Source: an uncultured Armatimonadetes bacterium
Lineage (GTDB): Bacteria; Armatimonadota; UBA5829; DTJY01
Direction: 5' to 3'
DNA length: 64,000 nucleotides
Assembly: GCA_963717145.1 (NCBI GenBank)
Contig: OY970325.1
Span: 1,984,001 to 2,048,000 of the forward strand
This document shows positions 30,117 to 43,055 of the stretch, piece by piece. Each line of letters begins with the position of its first letter. Positions within the stretch are counted from its first letter, which is position 1. The notes beneath the pieces were generated by a model, which saw only the letters and a list, made by a program, of their open reading frames with translations, was not told the origin of the DNA and did not search any database. The position numbers and the translations under genes are program-made.

Positions 30117-31822
30117 GGCTCTGTGACTGACCTCACGATCGCCGTGATGACGTTATCAACAAGTGTTTCATGTTCGGTGGCTATGGCATGAGATGGATCT
30201 GCTGCGACGCACTTGGCAATCGCTTTCTTGACATTCGACTCTGCGGATGAGCTCCAACCTTTGCCTCCGGCTGTGAACGCCCCCTGCATCCTGACAGACC
30301 ACTTCTCCTGTGAGGCCTGGAAGTTCGCTTTGTTCAACACAACTCCGAATGCTGACTGGACCTCATCCCAGTAGCAGTCAGTGGAGATCAAATCCTCAAG
30401 TTCGGTCTCTACCCGAGATGGTCGAGTCCACCGAAAGCAGTACTTGTCCGTGAGTTCGTCGCATGCCGTAGCCTTCTTCTCACACCCTCGGCCAGCCTTG
30501 TCATCGTCGACAAGCAATATGGGAGTGGCAACAGAGAGGCGGAGTGTGGATATCTTGTAGGCGATGTTCCCGGTCCCCTGCATGTGGTCGAACACCACCT
30601 TGCCCTTCGCAAGGAGATCCGCAAACGGAGTCGAGCGAGCCGAGAAGATAGCAGGCAGCGCGTCCATGTCGGTCGGACCCTCGACAAGGATCACATACTC
30701 CGCGGCAGTCAGATTGTCCTCAACCTGAACTCCGAGCGAGTCCCTCACCGCCTTGATACTGCTGGCTGGTGTCGCCTTTGACTTAGAGACGATGATATTC
30801 GCCTCCATCCGGTTGCGTGCCACCAGCAGAGGGCTATGCGTAGTAATGATGACTTGGTGCTCGCGGGCCATTTCCTGTAGTACCACCGCCAGTTGGCGAA
30901 CTGCCCCAGGGTGTAGGTGGGATTCTGGCTCCTCAATCGCGACAACAAGACCCCCGGATGTGCCAGTGGTTTTCGCAGCTCGCATCAGGGAGATAGCCAC
31001 CAGACTCTTGATACCATCTCCCTTGGCCTCCAAGTCCGTCGCCGTTCCATCATCAACTATGAACTGGGGAAGCCTGAGTCTGCCTCGATAGGGGTCATCA
31101 ATTGACCATCCGATCTGCACTGACTTCACGGTCGGAAGAAGCTGCCCAAGGTAGGTCTGAACATCTGATTCCAGCCGGTCGAAGACAGGTTTCTGGAGGT
31201 TTTCAACGGTCTGCAGTGCCGCAGTGTACTCCGGGTCCTTAGCCAGCACTTCAAGCTCTCTCTCGATCAGGGAACCAACGACATCAAGTGAAAGCTTGCT
31301 GGGCCGGACTGCAGGAATATACTGAAGATCGAAGAAGCTGCCGACGAAACGGGCTATCTCCCCGCTCTTCGCTGCGTACGTCTTCGCGCCCGGGCCCTGC
31401 TTCTTTACCTTGAACTGGACACCCCGTGCACCAACGCGGATCTCCAGCGGAAGACACTCATTGATGCTGCTGCCGCAGAGCTTCTTGAAAGCTGCCCGCT
31501 CGCTGGTTTTGAGCTGGAACTCAAGCGACAACACGGTCTGCCCGTTCGGCTGCTTTTCCTGGAGTTGTTGGGGGAAGTCACTCTGCCAGTCGTATGCCTC
31601 TCTCGGCAGCCAGAAGTTCGATGCACCTTTGGGACGTAGGAACCGCATCTTCTGCATACGGACGGACCGGAGGCATTCCATCCCTAGAACGAGGGCCCGA
31701 AGGAGATTCGACTTGCCCTCATTATTCGGACCCAGAATAACCGTGAGACCGCTCTCCAGTGGAAGACTCTGAGTCTTTGCGATGCTTCGGTAGTTCTGGA
31801 CCTGAATACTTCGTAGCTTCAT
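30113..31822 (-). CDS. OLD-family ABC ATPase/TOPRIM nuclease
   Basis: Walker A GPNNEGKS, signature KGDGIKS, Walker [28 protein letters not shown] and DDD. Confidence 0.85.
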
Positions 31823-33168
31823 AGGGCTTCTACCTCCGCGGCTTGCGGGACTGATATGTCGCCCGACATAAGCTTTGGGAGCAGGACATCGCGCGTCTCG
31901 GCAAGAGTGCGGGACTCCAGGCAGTTGCTCAGCAACATAGCCATGATGGGCGATACAGCGTTCTCGAAATGCTCTCTCAATATACTGGATGAGTCAACGA
32001 TACCGATCGACTGGAACGTGTCGCGTGTGATGGTATCAAACACGCTGCCATGCGTGTTCTGCTGCAGATCGGCTATTGAGTCCCGGAGCGTGAAATACGT
32101 ATAGTAGTCCCCGTGCCCCTCAGCTCCTCTGACTCCATAGCAGGACTGGTTCATTGCCATCGGAAGGGCGGTCAATGCACACTTCCCGACAGTGCCACGG
32201 GCCGAAACGATGGTAGTTCCCTTTGGCAAGAGCCGCGTCGAGGAGTTTCCGAGCCCTTCTTCTGTGATATGCTTCTCCGTGTCGATCACCCAGACATCGC
32301 TCGGATCAGGAGCGTCTACCACCGAGAACCAGGGGATATCACCATCCCAGTATTCGGGCGTCTTCGTGCTGGGCGTACCTCCGCCAATCAGGTCTATGCA
32401 GTCGAACAAGCTTCTAACACTCCACCCCTTGGGAATCGGGCCGAGTTCCGAGTCCTCGAACGAGTCGGGGAAGAGGGCGGCGGTGGCATCATCCATGCCG
32501 GAGGGCTTGCTCCCCTCCATCTTCGCCCGGACGGGGTCGAAGTCCACGAACCAACTCTTGAAGATCGCCCGCGCCATCGCCTCCAGCGTCCGGTTCATCC
32601 TCGCGTTCAGCTCGATCTTGTCATCCAGCGCCCCGAGGATGGAGGCAATGGCGACCTGTTCCGGAAGTGGAGGCTGGGCCGCTTGTATCCGCTCTAGATC
32701 CCGCTTCGTCACATGCCCGAGCCCTGTTGTCTGCTTGTTGCGTGCAATCCCTATGAAGTTGGGCTTCAGGTACCGCAAGAGGTAGTAGAAGAACGCCCGA
32801 TCCACGCCCTCCCCTGGGGTCACCCGAAATGAATGCTGATTGAGCCAGCCATCGCGACCTCGCCACCAGAAGACATCTATCGAAGTCTCTGGCTGACCGG
32901 ACCATGAGAAGAGCATATCCCCTGGCTTGACATGAACCGATTCGGTAAACGTCTGCTCGGTGAACTTCGTCTGGCCGGAAATGCCACCCTTCATCTCCGC
33001 TATCTTGATCACCGGTCTACCTGTCGGACTGAACTGTATGTCGCGGAAAGCCAGACCATTGACCCACTGAGCCATTGAGTACAGAGGCCGGTGCTCCCAC
33101 TCGCTGCGAAACTCTGGATGATAGAGCCAGCTCTTCGACTCTGCTGAAGCCAACGGCTCACGCATCAT
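31819..33168 (-). CDS. hsdS: Type I R-M specificity subunit
   Basis: [45 protein letters not shown]; start ATG 33168 or 33165 overlapping the hsdM stop. Confidence 0.95.
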   Translation of the reverse strand: MMREPLASAESKSWLYHPEFRSEWEHRPLYSMAQWVNGLAFRDIQFSPTGRPVIKIAEMKGGISGQTKFTEQTFTESVHVKPGDMLFSWSGQPETSIDVFWWRGRDGWLNQHSFRVTPGEGVDRAFFYYLLRYLKPNFIGIARNKQTTGLGHVTKRDLERIQAAQPPLPEQVAIASILGALDDKIELNARMNRTLEAMARAIFKSWFVDFDPVRAKMEGSKPSGMDDATAALFPDSFEDSELGPIPKGWSVRSLFDCIDLIGGGTPSTKTPEYWDGDIPWFSVVDAPDPSDVWVIDTEKHITEEGLGNSSTRLLPKGTTIVSARGTVGKCALTALPMAMNQSCYGVRGAEGHGDYYTYFTLRDSIADLQQNTHGSVFDTITRDTFQSIGIVDSSSILREHFENAVSPIMAMLLSNCLESRTLAETRDVLLPKLMSGDISVPQAAEVEAL

Positions 33169-34708
33169 ATCCCAGCCCCCTAAGGGTAACGCAGATCGCT
33201 GCTCCCAGCCGATCGGATTCCTCCAACTGCTGCTGCAGTTCGGAGACCAGCCGGGCCATCTTCTCCTCGAACGGCTCATCGTCTTCCTCGGCCGCCGCCG
33301 CTCCGACGTACCGACCGGGGGTCAATACATATCCCTGGTCTTCGATCTCCTTCGTGGTGGCGCTCCTGCAGAAGCCTGGTACATCGGCGTACTCGCCGGC
33401 TTCCGTATCGCCACGCCAAGAATGGTAAGCCCCGGCGATCTTTCCAATATCCTCATCGGTAAGATCGCGGTGGATGCGGTCACGCATCGTTCCGAGTTTT
33501 CGGGCGTCTATGAATAGAGTATGCCCCCGGCGGTCACGGAAGCTGCCGTTCCTCTTATCTCTTGCGAGAAACCAGAGGCAGACGGGGATTTGCGCTGCGT
33601 AGAATAGCTGTGCCGGAAGTGCCACCATGCAATCAACCAGATCCGCTTCGATGATCTTCCGTCGGATCTCCCCTTCGCCGGAGGTATTGCTCGCCATGCT
33701 GCCGTTCGCCAGGACGAACCCGGCGAGACCGGTCGGGGAGAGATGGTGGATGAAATGCTGCACCCAAGCGAAGTTCGCGTTCCCCACAGGCGGAACACCG
33801 AACTTCCATCGGGGATCATCCCTCAGCCTGTCGCCGCCCCAGTCACTGATATTGAACGGAGGATTGGCGATGACAAAGTCAGCCCTGAGGTCGGGATGGA
33901 GGTCGCGATGGAAGCTGTCCGCATGCTCCCGCCCGAGGTTGTTATCTATCCCCTGGATCGCGAGATTCATCATCGCCAGCCGCCATGTGGTCGGGTTCGA
34001 CTCCTGACCGTAGACGCTGAGATCCCCGACATTTCCGCCGTGGGCCTCGATGAACTCCTCGCTCTGGACGAACATCCCACCGCTGCCGCAGCAGGGGTCG
34101 TAGACCCTCCCCTTGTACGGGGCGAGCATCTCGACAAGGACACGGACGACGCACTTAGGGGTATAGAACTCGCCGCCCCTCTTACCCTCGGCGCTCGCGA
34201 ACAGGGAGAGGAAATACTCATATACGCGTCCGATGACATCCCTCGACCGGTTCTCCTTGTCGCCGAGACCGATGCCGCTCACCAGGTCAACCAGTTCACC
34301 GAGCCTTCGCTTATCGAGAGCCGGACGGGCGTAATCCTTGGGAAGCACACCTTTGAGGGCGGGGTTGTCTCGCTCGATGGCGACCATCGCATCATCGATG
34401 GTCTTCCCGATAGCGGGTTGCTTCGCCCTTCCCTGAATGAACGACCATCGAGACTCCTGCGGCACCCAGAATATGTTCTCTGACAGGTATTCATCGCTGT
34501 CCTCCGGGTTGGCGAGTGCGTCCGCTACGAGCTGCAGGCGCTTCTCCTCGAACGCGTCGGAGATATACTTGAGGAATATCAGACCGAGGACCACGTGCTT
34601 ATACTCGGCGGCGTCCAGGTTGTTCCGGAGCTTATCGGCGGCCTGCCAGAGAATCGCCTCGAACCCGAGGTTCGCGCCGTTTCCGTTCTGAGAACCGTTC
34701 CTTGCCAT
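33158..34708 (-). CDS. hsdM: Type I R-M N6-adenine methyltransferase
   Basis: [21 protein letters not shown]. Confidence 0.97.
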   Translation of the reverse strand: MARNGSQNGNGANLGFEAILWQAADKLRNNLDAAEYKHVVLGLIFLKYISDAFEEKRLQLVADALANPEDSDEYLSENIFWVPQESRWSFIQGRAKQPAIGKTIDDAMVAIERDNPALKGVLPKDYARPALDKRRLGELVDLVSGIGLGDKENRSRDVIGRVYEYFLSLFASAEGKRGGEFYTPKCVVRVLVEMLAPYKGRVYDPCCGSGGMFVQSEEFIEAHGGNVGDLSVYGQESNPTTWRLAMMNLAIQGIDNNLGREHADSFHRDLHPDLRADFVIANPPFNISDWGGDRLRDDPRWKFGVPPVGNANFAWVQHFIHHLSPTGLAGFVLANGSMASNTSGEGEIRRKIIEADLVDCMVALPAQLFYAAQIPVCLWFLARDKRNGSFRDRRGHTLFIDARKLGTMRDRIHRDLTDEDIGKIAGAYHSWRGDTEAGEYADVPGFCRSATTKEIEDQGYVLTPGRYVGAAAAEEDDEPFEEKMARLVSELQQQLEESDRLGAAICVTLRGLGYDA

Positions 34709-34789
34709 TGGTGCTGTCCTTGCTATGGGGAATCCGCCGGTGGAGCGTGTCGGCGTCTTCCGTCATCTACAGGTGAGGAATACATAGAG

Positions 34790-34817
34790 AGTATAACAGG
34801 CCTAACTGCTGTGTCAA
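34790..34817 (-). promoter_or_regulatory. sigma70 promoter of the hsd/defence operon
   Basis: TTGACA-16 bp-TATACT with extended -10 TG. Confidence 0.65.
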
Positions 34818-34952
34818 GCTATCGCGTTCCATGGAGACCGCCGAGCGCAGGCTTCCGGCCAGTCCATGAAGGTGATCGCCGAGCAAGACAGAATTGAGCT
34901 AGTGTAACCTCAGCCTTGGAAGATGGCCGTTGAGTCCGAGTTTGCGTAACCC

Positions 34953-36017
34953 GTGTTGCGCGATGACAGTGGGAGCGATAGGATGGACGGAATACGCCCT
35001 GACATAGTGAAGTGGACCGAGGAGTATCAAGCCAACTCCGTTCGGAATCCTTGGTACTTTGTGGTGCAGTCCGCCAACATGATGCCCGGCGAGGGCATTC
35101 GGATAACGATGTATCCTGATATACCGGCGCGGATAAAGCTCGGCACAATGATCGAGCCGGAGAGCGATGACGACATCCAGGTACTCGAAGTGATCGTCGA
35201 TGAAGTCATCACCGAGCGGAACTCGCATGAGTTGAGAGAAACGCTCACCGTCATTCAGAAGACACAGGGGCTGTGCTTCGAAGATGGTCTGCTCCTGATC
35301 GTGCACTTGTTCTTCTGGTTGGTGGACTGGGACCGAAACAGGAGTGGGGAGCCCTCGCTGCTCTCGGGACGAACCTTCCGCGATGAGCCTGATGATCTTC
35401 GCAGCAATCACGACAAGCTGATGAACGTGCTTCGATACTACTCGATGACTTCCGTAGACAAGCTGCTCAGGCTCTGGCGCGATAACCAGAGTCTCCTGAT
35501 AGGAGGACTCGTCAGACCATGCCCTGGTAAGCCGGGGCTTCCCACCTACATGTACTTTCCCCCGCACTGGTTGAGTCCCGAGGATCTGCGAGTTCTCGAT
35601 GGGGATGAGGCCACTGTGCCGCAGGTTCCGGCGTTGATAGACGCGGATGTGGTGTCGCTGGTTCCGGAGATCGTCAACCTGTTGAAAGCTCGTTCCCCGT
35701 ACCAACAGCTTGCGCAGGCTGAATCGGCGGGCAAGGCCGCTGCTTCCGAGGAAAGGGCCTTCCGATACTCCCCGGACTTCCGAACCGTGAACTTGCGGGG
35801 GAAGGTCTATGTTCTGACGACATCTCAGGCTGTGGTGGTGCAGTGTCTCTGGGAAAACTATGAGCAGGGAACACCTGACATCGGCCAGGGCTACCTGCTT
35901 GAGGAACTCCTGGGTGGAACCCGCATCCGCCTCAAAGACGTCTTCAAGCACAGCGATGCGTTGGGAGAACTGATCGTTGCAGGGAAGAAGCGCGGCACTG
36001 TTCGGCTGAATATCTGA
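34953..36017 (+). CDS. Hypothetical regulator with a C-terminal winged-helix-like domain
   Basis: C-terminal VNLRGKVYVLTTSQAVVVQCLWE...RLKDVFK...GTVRLNI; start uncertain (alternative ATG 34983). Confidence 0.6.
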   Translation: MLRDDSGSDRMDGIRPDIVKWTEEYQANSVRNPWYFVVQSANMMPGEGIRITMYPDIPARIKLGTMIEPESDDDIQVLEVIVDEVITERNSHELRETLTVIQKTQGLCFEDGLLLIVHLFFWLVDWDRNRSGEPSLLSGRTFRDEPDDLRSNHDKLMNVLRYYSMTSVDKLLRLWRDNQSLLIGGLVRPCPGKPGLPTYMYFPPHWLSPEDLRVLDGDEATVPQVPALIDADVVSLVPEIVNLLKARSPYQQLAQAESAGKAAASEERAFRYSPDFRTVNLRGKVYVLTTSQAVVVQCLWENYEQGTPDIGQGYLLEELLGGTRIRLKDVFKHSDALGELIVAGKKRGTVRLNI

Positions 36018-36184
36018 GTTTTCGCGAAATACCCCACATACTACCCCACTTCTTACCACCCGGGCCTAGGTATCCTCAAGGAAACCTAGGCCCGGGCGGC
36101 ATCTAGACCAGGAGCTTCCTCCGAACCTCGGGAGGTCAGAACCCCGAGGGAGCCAAGCCGGGCCAGCCTCTCGGGGCTTTTCTA

Positions 36185-36403
36185 TTGCGGCAGGCGAGGT
36201 GTTTGGGAGTGGCGGACAGGCAGCACGGGAGATTCAGCATTACGGCGAGGACATCCGAAGAGCCGATGTCGGCCTGCGATGTGCAGAAGGCCGAGGCGAT
36301 CTTGGCGCGACTCGTGGCGCGTGCATATGCCGCCGATCATCCAGAGCTGTTTGGTCCGAGGCTACGTGAGATCCTGGACCGGGAGAAAGGTGACAGGCGA
36401 TGA
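36185..36403 (+). CDS. Small hypothetical protein
   Basis: ATGA overlap with the primase gene; start uncertain. Confidence 0.5.
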   Translation: MRQARCLGVADRQHGRFSITARTSEEPMSACDVQKAEAILARLVARAYAADHPELFGPRLREILDREKGDRR

Positions 36404-38637
36404 GTAAGTCGGAATGCGTCAGGCGGGCAACTGAGGAGACGAAGATGAATGCGCTAGATGGGCTCGGGCTAGGTTGGTCGGTCATACCCGTGCGGAAGGA
36501 CAAGCGACCGTTCCTATCCGAGTGGAAACCATACCAGACTGTCCAGCCTGACGAGGCAGCTCTGACGCAGTGGCAGCAGCAATACAAGCCTCCAGCATGG
36601 GCGGTGGTCACCGGCGCTATCAGCGGCATCGTCGTCCTGGACTTCGACGGAGAGAAGGGCGCAGAGACGATGCGCTCGCTCGGACTCGATCCGCACGTGC
36701 GGACGCCATCGGGCGGCTTCCACGTCTACTTCCAACATCCTGGCTTCGAGGTCAAGACGCTGAACGGGAAGTCCAAGGCGGAACTCGGCCGGCGATTTCC
36801 CGGCCTGGACATACGAGGGGACGGCGGCTATGCGGTTTTCTGCGGTCGGAACTCAGCGGGGAGGTACGAGTGGCTGCGAGAACCGGTAGCTGACCCCGTC
36901 TCGATAGTGCCAGCGGAGGTTCGTGGGTTTCTGCATCTCGACACACCTCAACACGCCTCGGTATCCGACAAACTGCTTAAGGCGGCGCTGAAGCAATCTG
37001 TGACCGGCCGGAACGACGCCGGGTTCTGGCTCGCGTGCCAACTCCGCGACAACGGGCTGAGCCGAAGTGACGCGGAGTCGGTCATGACGAGATATCAGGC
37101 AAGCACCGGCGGGATCAACACGAAGGGCCACCCCGAGGAATACGGCGTTGAGGAAACTCTCGCATCGCTCGAACAGGCATACAGCGCACCGGCAAGGGAA
37201 TCGTCGATCGGAAGGGTCGAGGTCCCCTGCGGCGGTCGGAAGACCGATCAGAGGAACGACGATCAACCCATTCGGGTCAAGGCCTGGCCGGACGCGCTAG
37301 CGCCCGAGGCATTCCACGGCCTGGCCGGTGATCTCGTCCGAGCGCTCGAACCACACACGGAAGCAGACCCTGCGGCACTTCTTTCTTCTTTCTTCGTAGC
37401 GTTCGGCAACTTGATCGGGCGCACGGCATACTTCGTGGCCGAGGCGGACAAGCACTACCTGAACCTCTTCCTGGTGTTGGTCGGAACATCTTCGAAGGGC
37501 CGCAAAGGCGTGTCATTCAGGCGCATTCAAGCAATGCTCGGCGAGTTGGATGCCGACTGGGAGTCCTCACGCATACACTCCGGTCTGTCCAGCGGCGAAG
37601 GCCTTATCTGGGCGGTGCGCGATCCGATCGAGAAGCAGGAGCCGATACGAGACAAGAGGGCGATCACCGGCTACCAGACGCTGATCACCGACGAGGGCAT
37701 CAGCGATAAACGGCTGCTGTGCCTGGAGACCGAGTTCGCGAGCGTGCTCCGGGTTCTCAGCAGAGAAGGCAACACACTGTCGGCAATCATGCGGAATGCC
37801 TGGGACACCGGTACACTGACGGCGCTTACGAAGAACTCGCCCGCACACGCGACTGGCGCTCACGTCTCGATCATCGGACACATCTCGAAGGAGGAGTTGC
37901 TCCGCTACCTGGAGAGCACTGAGGCCGGCAACGGCTTCGCCAACCGCTTCCTCTGGAGCTGCGTCAGGCGGTCGAAATGCCTGCCCGAGGGAGGCCAACC
38001 GAACCCATCGGAACTGAATGCAATCACCGATCGGCTGAAGGACTGCATTCGCTTCGCCCGCGGGACGGGACAAATGGAGAGAGACCAGGAGGCACGGGAG
38101 CTGTGGCACGAGGTCTACCCGGATCTGTCGGAGGGAAAGCCGGGGCTGCTGGGAGCGATGATTGCCAGAGCGGAGGCGCAGGTGATGCGCCTCGCCTGCA
38201 TCTACGCACTGCTCGATCGCTCGTCGGTCGTCAGGGTGGAGCATCTGAGGGCGGCTCTGGCGTTCTGGCGGTACTGCGAGGAGTCGGCCAGGTACATCTT
38301 CGGCGACTCCCTCGGTGATCCGATAGCGGATGAACTGCTTCAAGTCCTCCGCGAGCGACCGGACGGGATGACGCGCTGGGAGATCACTGGTCACTTCGGG
38401 CGGAACAAACCCTCGTCTGCCCTGGTCGGAGCACTTGGTAGTCTGCTTGAGAGCGGCTTGGCCAGAAGTGAGAAGGAGGCGAGCGGCGGAAGGCCAGCCG
38501 AGAGATGGTTCGCGACCGCACCTCCCCCGACGCCGCCCGACGAAGAATACGAAGTACACGAAGAAACAGGCGACGGAGTGAAGGCCACTTCATATACTAC
38601 CCTGGCGGACACTGACGATTCGAGCTGTTCTGCGTAA
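36400..38637 (+). CDS. Bifunctional DNA primase/polymerase fused to a PriCT-like and a DUF3987-like helicase domain
   Basis: WSVIPV..DKRP, VVLDFD, RTPSGGFHVYF, DIRGDGGY, GRND, GTSSKGRKG, SSGEGL, NGFANRFL. Confidence 0.85.
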   Translation: MSKSECVRRATEETKMNALDGLGLGWSVIPVRKDKRPFLSEWKPYQTVQPDEAALTQWQQQYKPPAWAVVTGAISGIVVLDFDGEKGAETMRSLGLDPHVRTPSGGFHVYFQHPGFEVKTLNGKSKAELGRRFPGLDIRGDGGYAVFCGRNSAGRYEWLREPVADPVSIVPAEVRGFLHLDTPQHASVSDKLLKAALKQSVTGRNDAGFWLACQLRDNGLSRSDAESVMTRYQASTGGINTKGHPEEYGVEETLASLEQAYSAPARESSIGRVEVPCGGRKTDQRNDDQPIRVKAWPDALAPEAFHGLAGDLVRALEPHTEADPAALLSSFFVAFGNLIGRTAYFVAEADKHYLNLFLVLVGTSSKGRKGVSFRRIQAMLGELDADWESSRIHSGLSSGEGLIWAVRDPIEKQEPIRDKRAITGYQTLITDEGISDKRLLCLETEFASVLRVLSREGNTLSAIMRNAWDTGTLTALTKNSPAHATGAHVSIIGHISKEELLRYLESTEAGNGFANRFLWSCVRRSKCLPEGGQPNPSELNAITDRLKDCIRFARGTGQMERDQEARELWHEVYPDLSEGKPGLLGAMIARAEAQVMRLACIYALLDRSSVVRVEHLRAALAFWRYCEESARYIFGDSLGDPIADELLQVLRERPDGMTRWEITGHFGRNKPSSALVGALGSLLESGLARSEKEASGGRPAERWFATAPPPTPPDEEYEVHEETGDGVKATSYTTLADTDDSSCSA

Positions 38638-38798
38638 GGACCGCAGTAAGGTGTTAGGATTGTTAAGCTTTCCAGGGACTTGTCATACGGACAGGCGGCG
38701 AGAGGACGACAAGCTCGAACCCCGGGCACCGCCGGCGGCGCCCGCAGAGCCTCTCGGCTGTTGATTGAGGGACTCTCAAGCAGTCAGCTTGCCAGGTA

Positions 38799-38827
38799 TT
38801 GACACAATAGCACCATGGTGTTATACT
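38799..38827 (+). promoter_or_regulatory. Near-consensus sigma70 promoter with a palindromic operator in the spacer
   Basis: TTGACA-17 bp-TATACT, extended TG; palindrome ATAGCACCATGGTGTTAT at 38807-38824. Confidence 0.8.
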
Positions 38828-38846
38828 GTGGGTGGAGGTGCCGATC

Positions 38847-38995
38847 ATGGTGCGATACACGATTCGAATGTCGGATGAACTGCACGAGAAGATTCGATGG
38901 CTGGCTTACCAGGAGCACAGGAGCCAGCATGAGATCATGCTCGAAACCCTTGAGAGGGCGCTGAAGGATGTCAAGGTGCCGGAGGATGGACGGAA

Positions 38996-38999
<4 letters not shown>
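38847..38999 (+). CDS. 50-aa ribbon-helix-helix (Arc-like) DNA-binding protein
   Basis: Below the ORF-track size cutoff; GGAGGT RBS; MVRYTIRMSDELHEKIRWLAYQEHRSQHEIMLETLERALKDVKVPEDGRK; GTGA overlap with the recombinase. Confidence 0.85.
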
Positions 39000-40787
<1,788 letters not shown>

Positions 40788-40797
40788 TATCGTTGGC

Positions 40798-40826
40798 ATT
40801 ATACCATCCGATCCCAGGTTTGTAAA
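40798..40826 (-). promoter_or_regulatory. tRNA promoter
   Basis: TTTACA-17 bp-TATAAT. Confidence 0.75.
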
Positions 40827-40856
40827 GGCCCGAGGCGAAGTATTTCGCTCCGGGCC
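40827..40856 (-). terminator. Possible terminator hairpin after htrA
   Basis: GGCCCGGAGCGAAATACTTCGCCTCGGGCC followed by TTT. Confidence 0.4.
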
Positions 40857-40874
40857 GGATTCGTCTTCTATCCC

Positions 40875-42332
40875 CTAGTCTACCGGGACCTCGACGAGCA
40901 TCGTGCGCTCCTTTGTCCCGACCCTCAGGTACAGCGTGTCGCCGGACTTCGCGTCCTTCGTCGCAGCATCGAAGTCGGCGACCGTCTTTGCCGACCTGCC
41001 GTTCACGGCTCGGACGATCAGACCCGGTCTGAGTCCCGCTTGGGCGGCACGGCTTCCGGCTGTTACTTTGGTGATCACGACGCCGTTGCTCTCGTCAAGA
41101 TTGTACCGGGATGCCAGGTCCGGGGTCAGATCCGCGACGCTGAATCCGATCTTTCCGGTGACTTCCTCGGGTGGCGCGCCGGCAACGGTTGTCGGCGCCT
41201 CGTCCAGGGTGACCTTCAGGGTCTTCTGCTGTTTGTCGCGCATCACCAGGACATCGATGGACTTTCCAGGCGGCGTGGCGGCGACCAGCTCTCGGAACTG
41301 ATTCTCGGACTCCACGGGCTTGCCGTCGAACTCCAGAATGACGTCTTCAACCTGCAGGCCAGCTTTGTCGGCCGGAGTCCCCACATCGACCGTGAGCACG
41401 AGCACACCTTTCTTGACGCCATAACGCTCAGCGGTCTTCGGAGTGAGATCGGTTGGCGCAACTCCCAGGTATCCGCGGCTTACCTTGCCGGTCTTGATGA
41501 GCTGATCCATCGCGAACTTGGCGGTGTTGACCGGGATGGCGAAACCTATGCCGATGTTCCCACCGCTTCCTGACCGAATCAACGTGTTGATGCCGATGAC
41601 CTGGCCGTCGATGTTGATCAAGGGTCCGCCGCTGTTGCCGGGATTGATCGACGCGTCGGTCTGAATAAGGTTGGAGTAGAAGCGGCCCTCAGTACCGTCA
41701 GCAACCTCAGCGTGACGTCCTTTCGCGCTGACGACTCCAACGGTGACTGACTGGTCGTACCCGAACGGACTGCCCATGGCAATCGCCCATGAGCCGACTT
41801 TCACCTTGTCCGAATCACCGAGCTTGGCAGCCGGAAGTCCGGTCGCATCGATCTTCACGATCGCCAGGTCGCCGCGCGGGTCACGGGAAACGGTGCCTTT
41901 GAACTCGCGTCCATCCTGAAGTGTGACCGTGACCTTGTCGGCTCCACCGGCCACGTGATCGTTTGTCAGGATATAGCCGTCACTCCGCACGATCACGCCT
42001 GAGCCGGAACTGGGGACGACCTGCGTGTCCGGGCCGTTGTCCGGCGTGGGGGACTGGAACGGGAAGTTGCGGAAGAATTCGTCATTGAACGGATTCTCGC
42101 CCACACTGACCTTGCGCTCGCTGTTGATCTTGACCACCGACGGGAGGGTTTCCTCGGCGATGGAGCTGAACGCGTCCTCCAGGACGTGAAGCGCGGCTCG
42201 CTGCTGGACAGTGGTGGCTTTGTCCTGTGCGTAGACGGTGTTGCCGGTGAGATTGACAGCAAGAGAGGCCCCAAGGGCGATGCACAGGATGGCGACTACC
42301 AGGATCTCCGGTCTTCGAAGCAGTCTTCGCAT
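40875..42332 (-). CDS. htrA: HtrA/DegP serine protease with two PDZ domains
   Basis: TNDHV, DLAIVK, IQTDASINPGNSGGPL; alternative start TTG 42338. Confidence 0.95.
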   Translation of the reverse strand: MRRLLRRPEILVVAILCIALGASLAVNLTGNTVYAQDKATTVQQRAALHVLEDAFSSIAEETLPSVVKINSERKVSVGENPFNDEFFRNFPFQSPTPDNGPDTQVVPSSGSGVIVRSDGYILTNDHVAGGADKVTVTLQDGREFKGTVSRDPRGDLAIVKIDATGLPAAKLGDSDKVKVGSWAIAMGSPFGYDQSVTVGVVSAKGRHAEVADGTEGRFYSNLIQTDASINPGNSGGPLINIDGQVIGINTLIRSGSGGNIGIGFAIPVNTAKFAMDQLIKTGKVSRGYLGVAPTDLTPKTAERYGVKKGVLVLTVDVGTPADKAGLQVEDVILEFDGKPVESENQFRELVAATPPGKSIDVLVMRDKQQKTLKVTLDEAPTTVAGAPPEEVTGKIGFSVADLTPDLASRYNLDESNGVVITKVTAGSRAAQAGLRPGLIVRAVNGRSAKTVADFDAATKDAKSGDTLYLRVGTKERTMLVEVPVD

Positions 42333-42465
42333 GTTCAACGTGTATCCTCCTGAGAATAAGTTAAAAAGAAAACCGCATGGCGCGGCGGGTTCGGGCAATG
42401 ATGGAGGCGTCCGGGTTGTTTTCCCGGACACCTCTCTTGGTCTCGGCCACCAGGGGTCGGCCGTA

Positions 42466-43035
42466 CTACTTATACTCCGCCAGGATCAGACCACCTGTGC
42501 TGGAACCATGAGTGAGTTGTCCGGCACTGGCAGCCGGCTGCCATCCCGTCGAGTCCTTCTGGTACATCGAGGACACCGCGACTGGGGCACCCTCAGCGAA
42601 CGCACCATACTGCATCGGCCTATTGTCAGCGAAAGCCTGCAGAGTTGCGGAAGAGATCGGGATACTCGCGAGGCGGGGGACGCTCACGTCGCCACCGCGG
42701 ACCATAAGGAGCATGGCGATGACGGCGATTCCTGCTGCTCCGACTCGCATGCCGGCCGGGAATGCCCTGAACTGGTTCCGAGCAGCCGAAGCGAGGCGAA
42801 CATAGAATGGGACGTGGACCTCGTCCAGCCTGCTGCAGATCCTGACCGCCAGGTCGTCCACCGGACGCTTGGGGCTAAGCTTGCCGAACATCCTCTTGAC
42901 TGCGAGCAGCGATTCGTACTCCCCGGAGCATTCCGCGCAGCCGTTGAGGTGGTGACGGATGGCCAGCATTTCCTGGCCACCGAGTTCTCCGTCGAGGTAG
43001 GCGGAGATCAGATTCCGGGCCTTTTGGCAGTTCAT
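42466..43035 (-). CDS. Zinc-binding (zf-HC2) anti-sigma factor
   Basis: C...SAYLDGEL...HLNGCAEC followed by a TM helix. Confidence 0.9.
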   Translation of the reverse strand: MNCQKARNLISAYLDGELGGQEMLAIRHHLNGCAECSGEYESLLAVKRMFGKLSPKRPVDDLAVRICSRLDEVHVPFYVRLASAARNQFRAFPAGMRVGAAGIAVIAMLLMVRGGDVSVPRLASIPISSATLQAFADNRPMQYGAFAEGAPVAVSSMYQKDSTGWQPAASAGQLTHGSSTGGLILAEYK

Positions 43036-43055
43036 TTTACAGTCCCCCAGACCGT

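Noticed and set aside
34860-34915. Second c-di-GMP-II-like match (ATGAA...GAGCTAGTG)
   Set aside because: Lacks the GGTCAC block, the central stem and the ACCGACC end.
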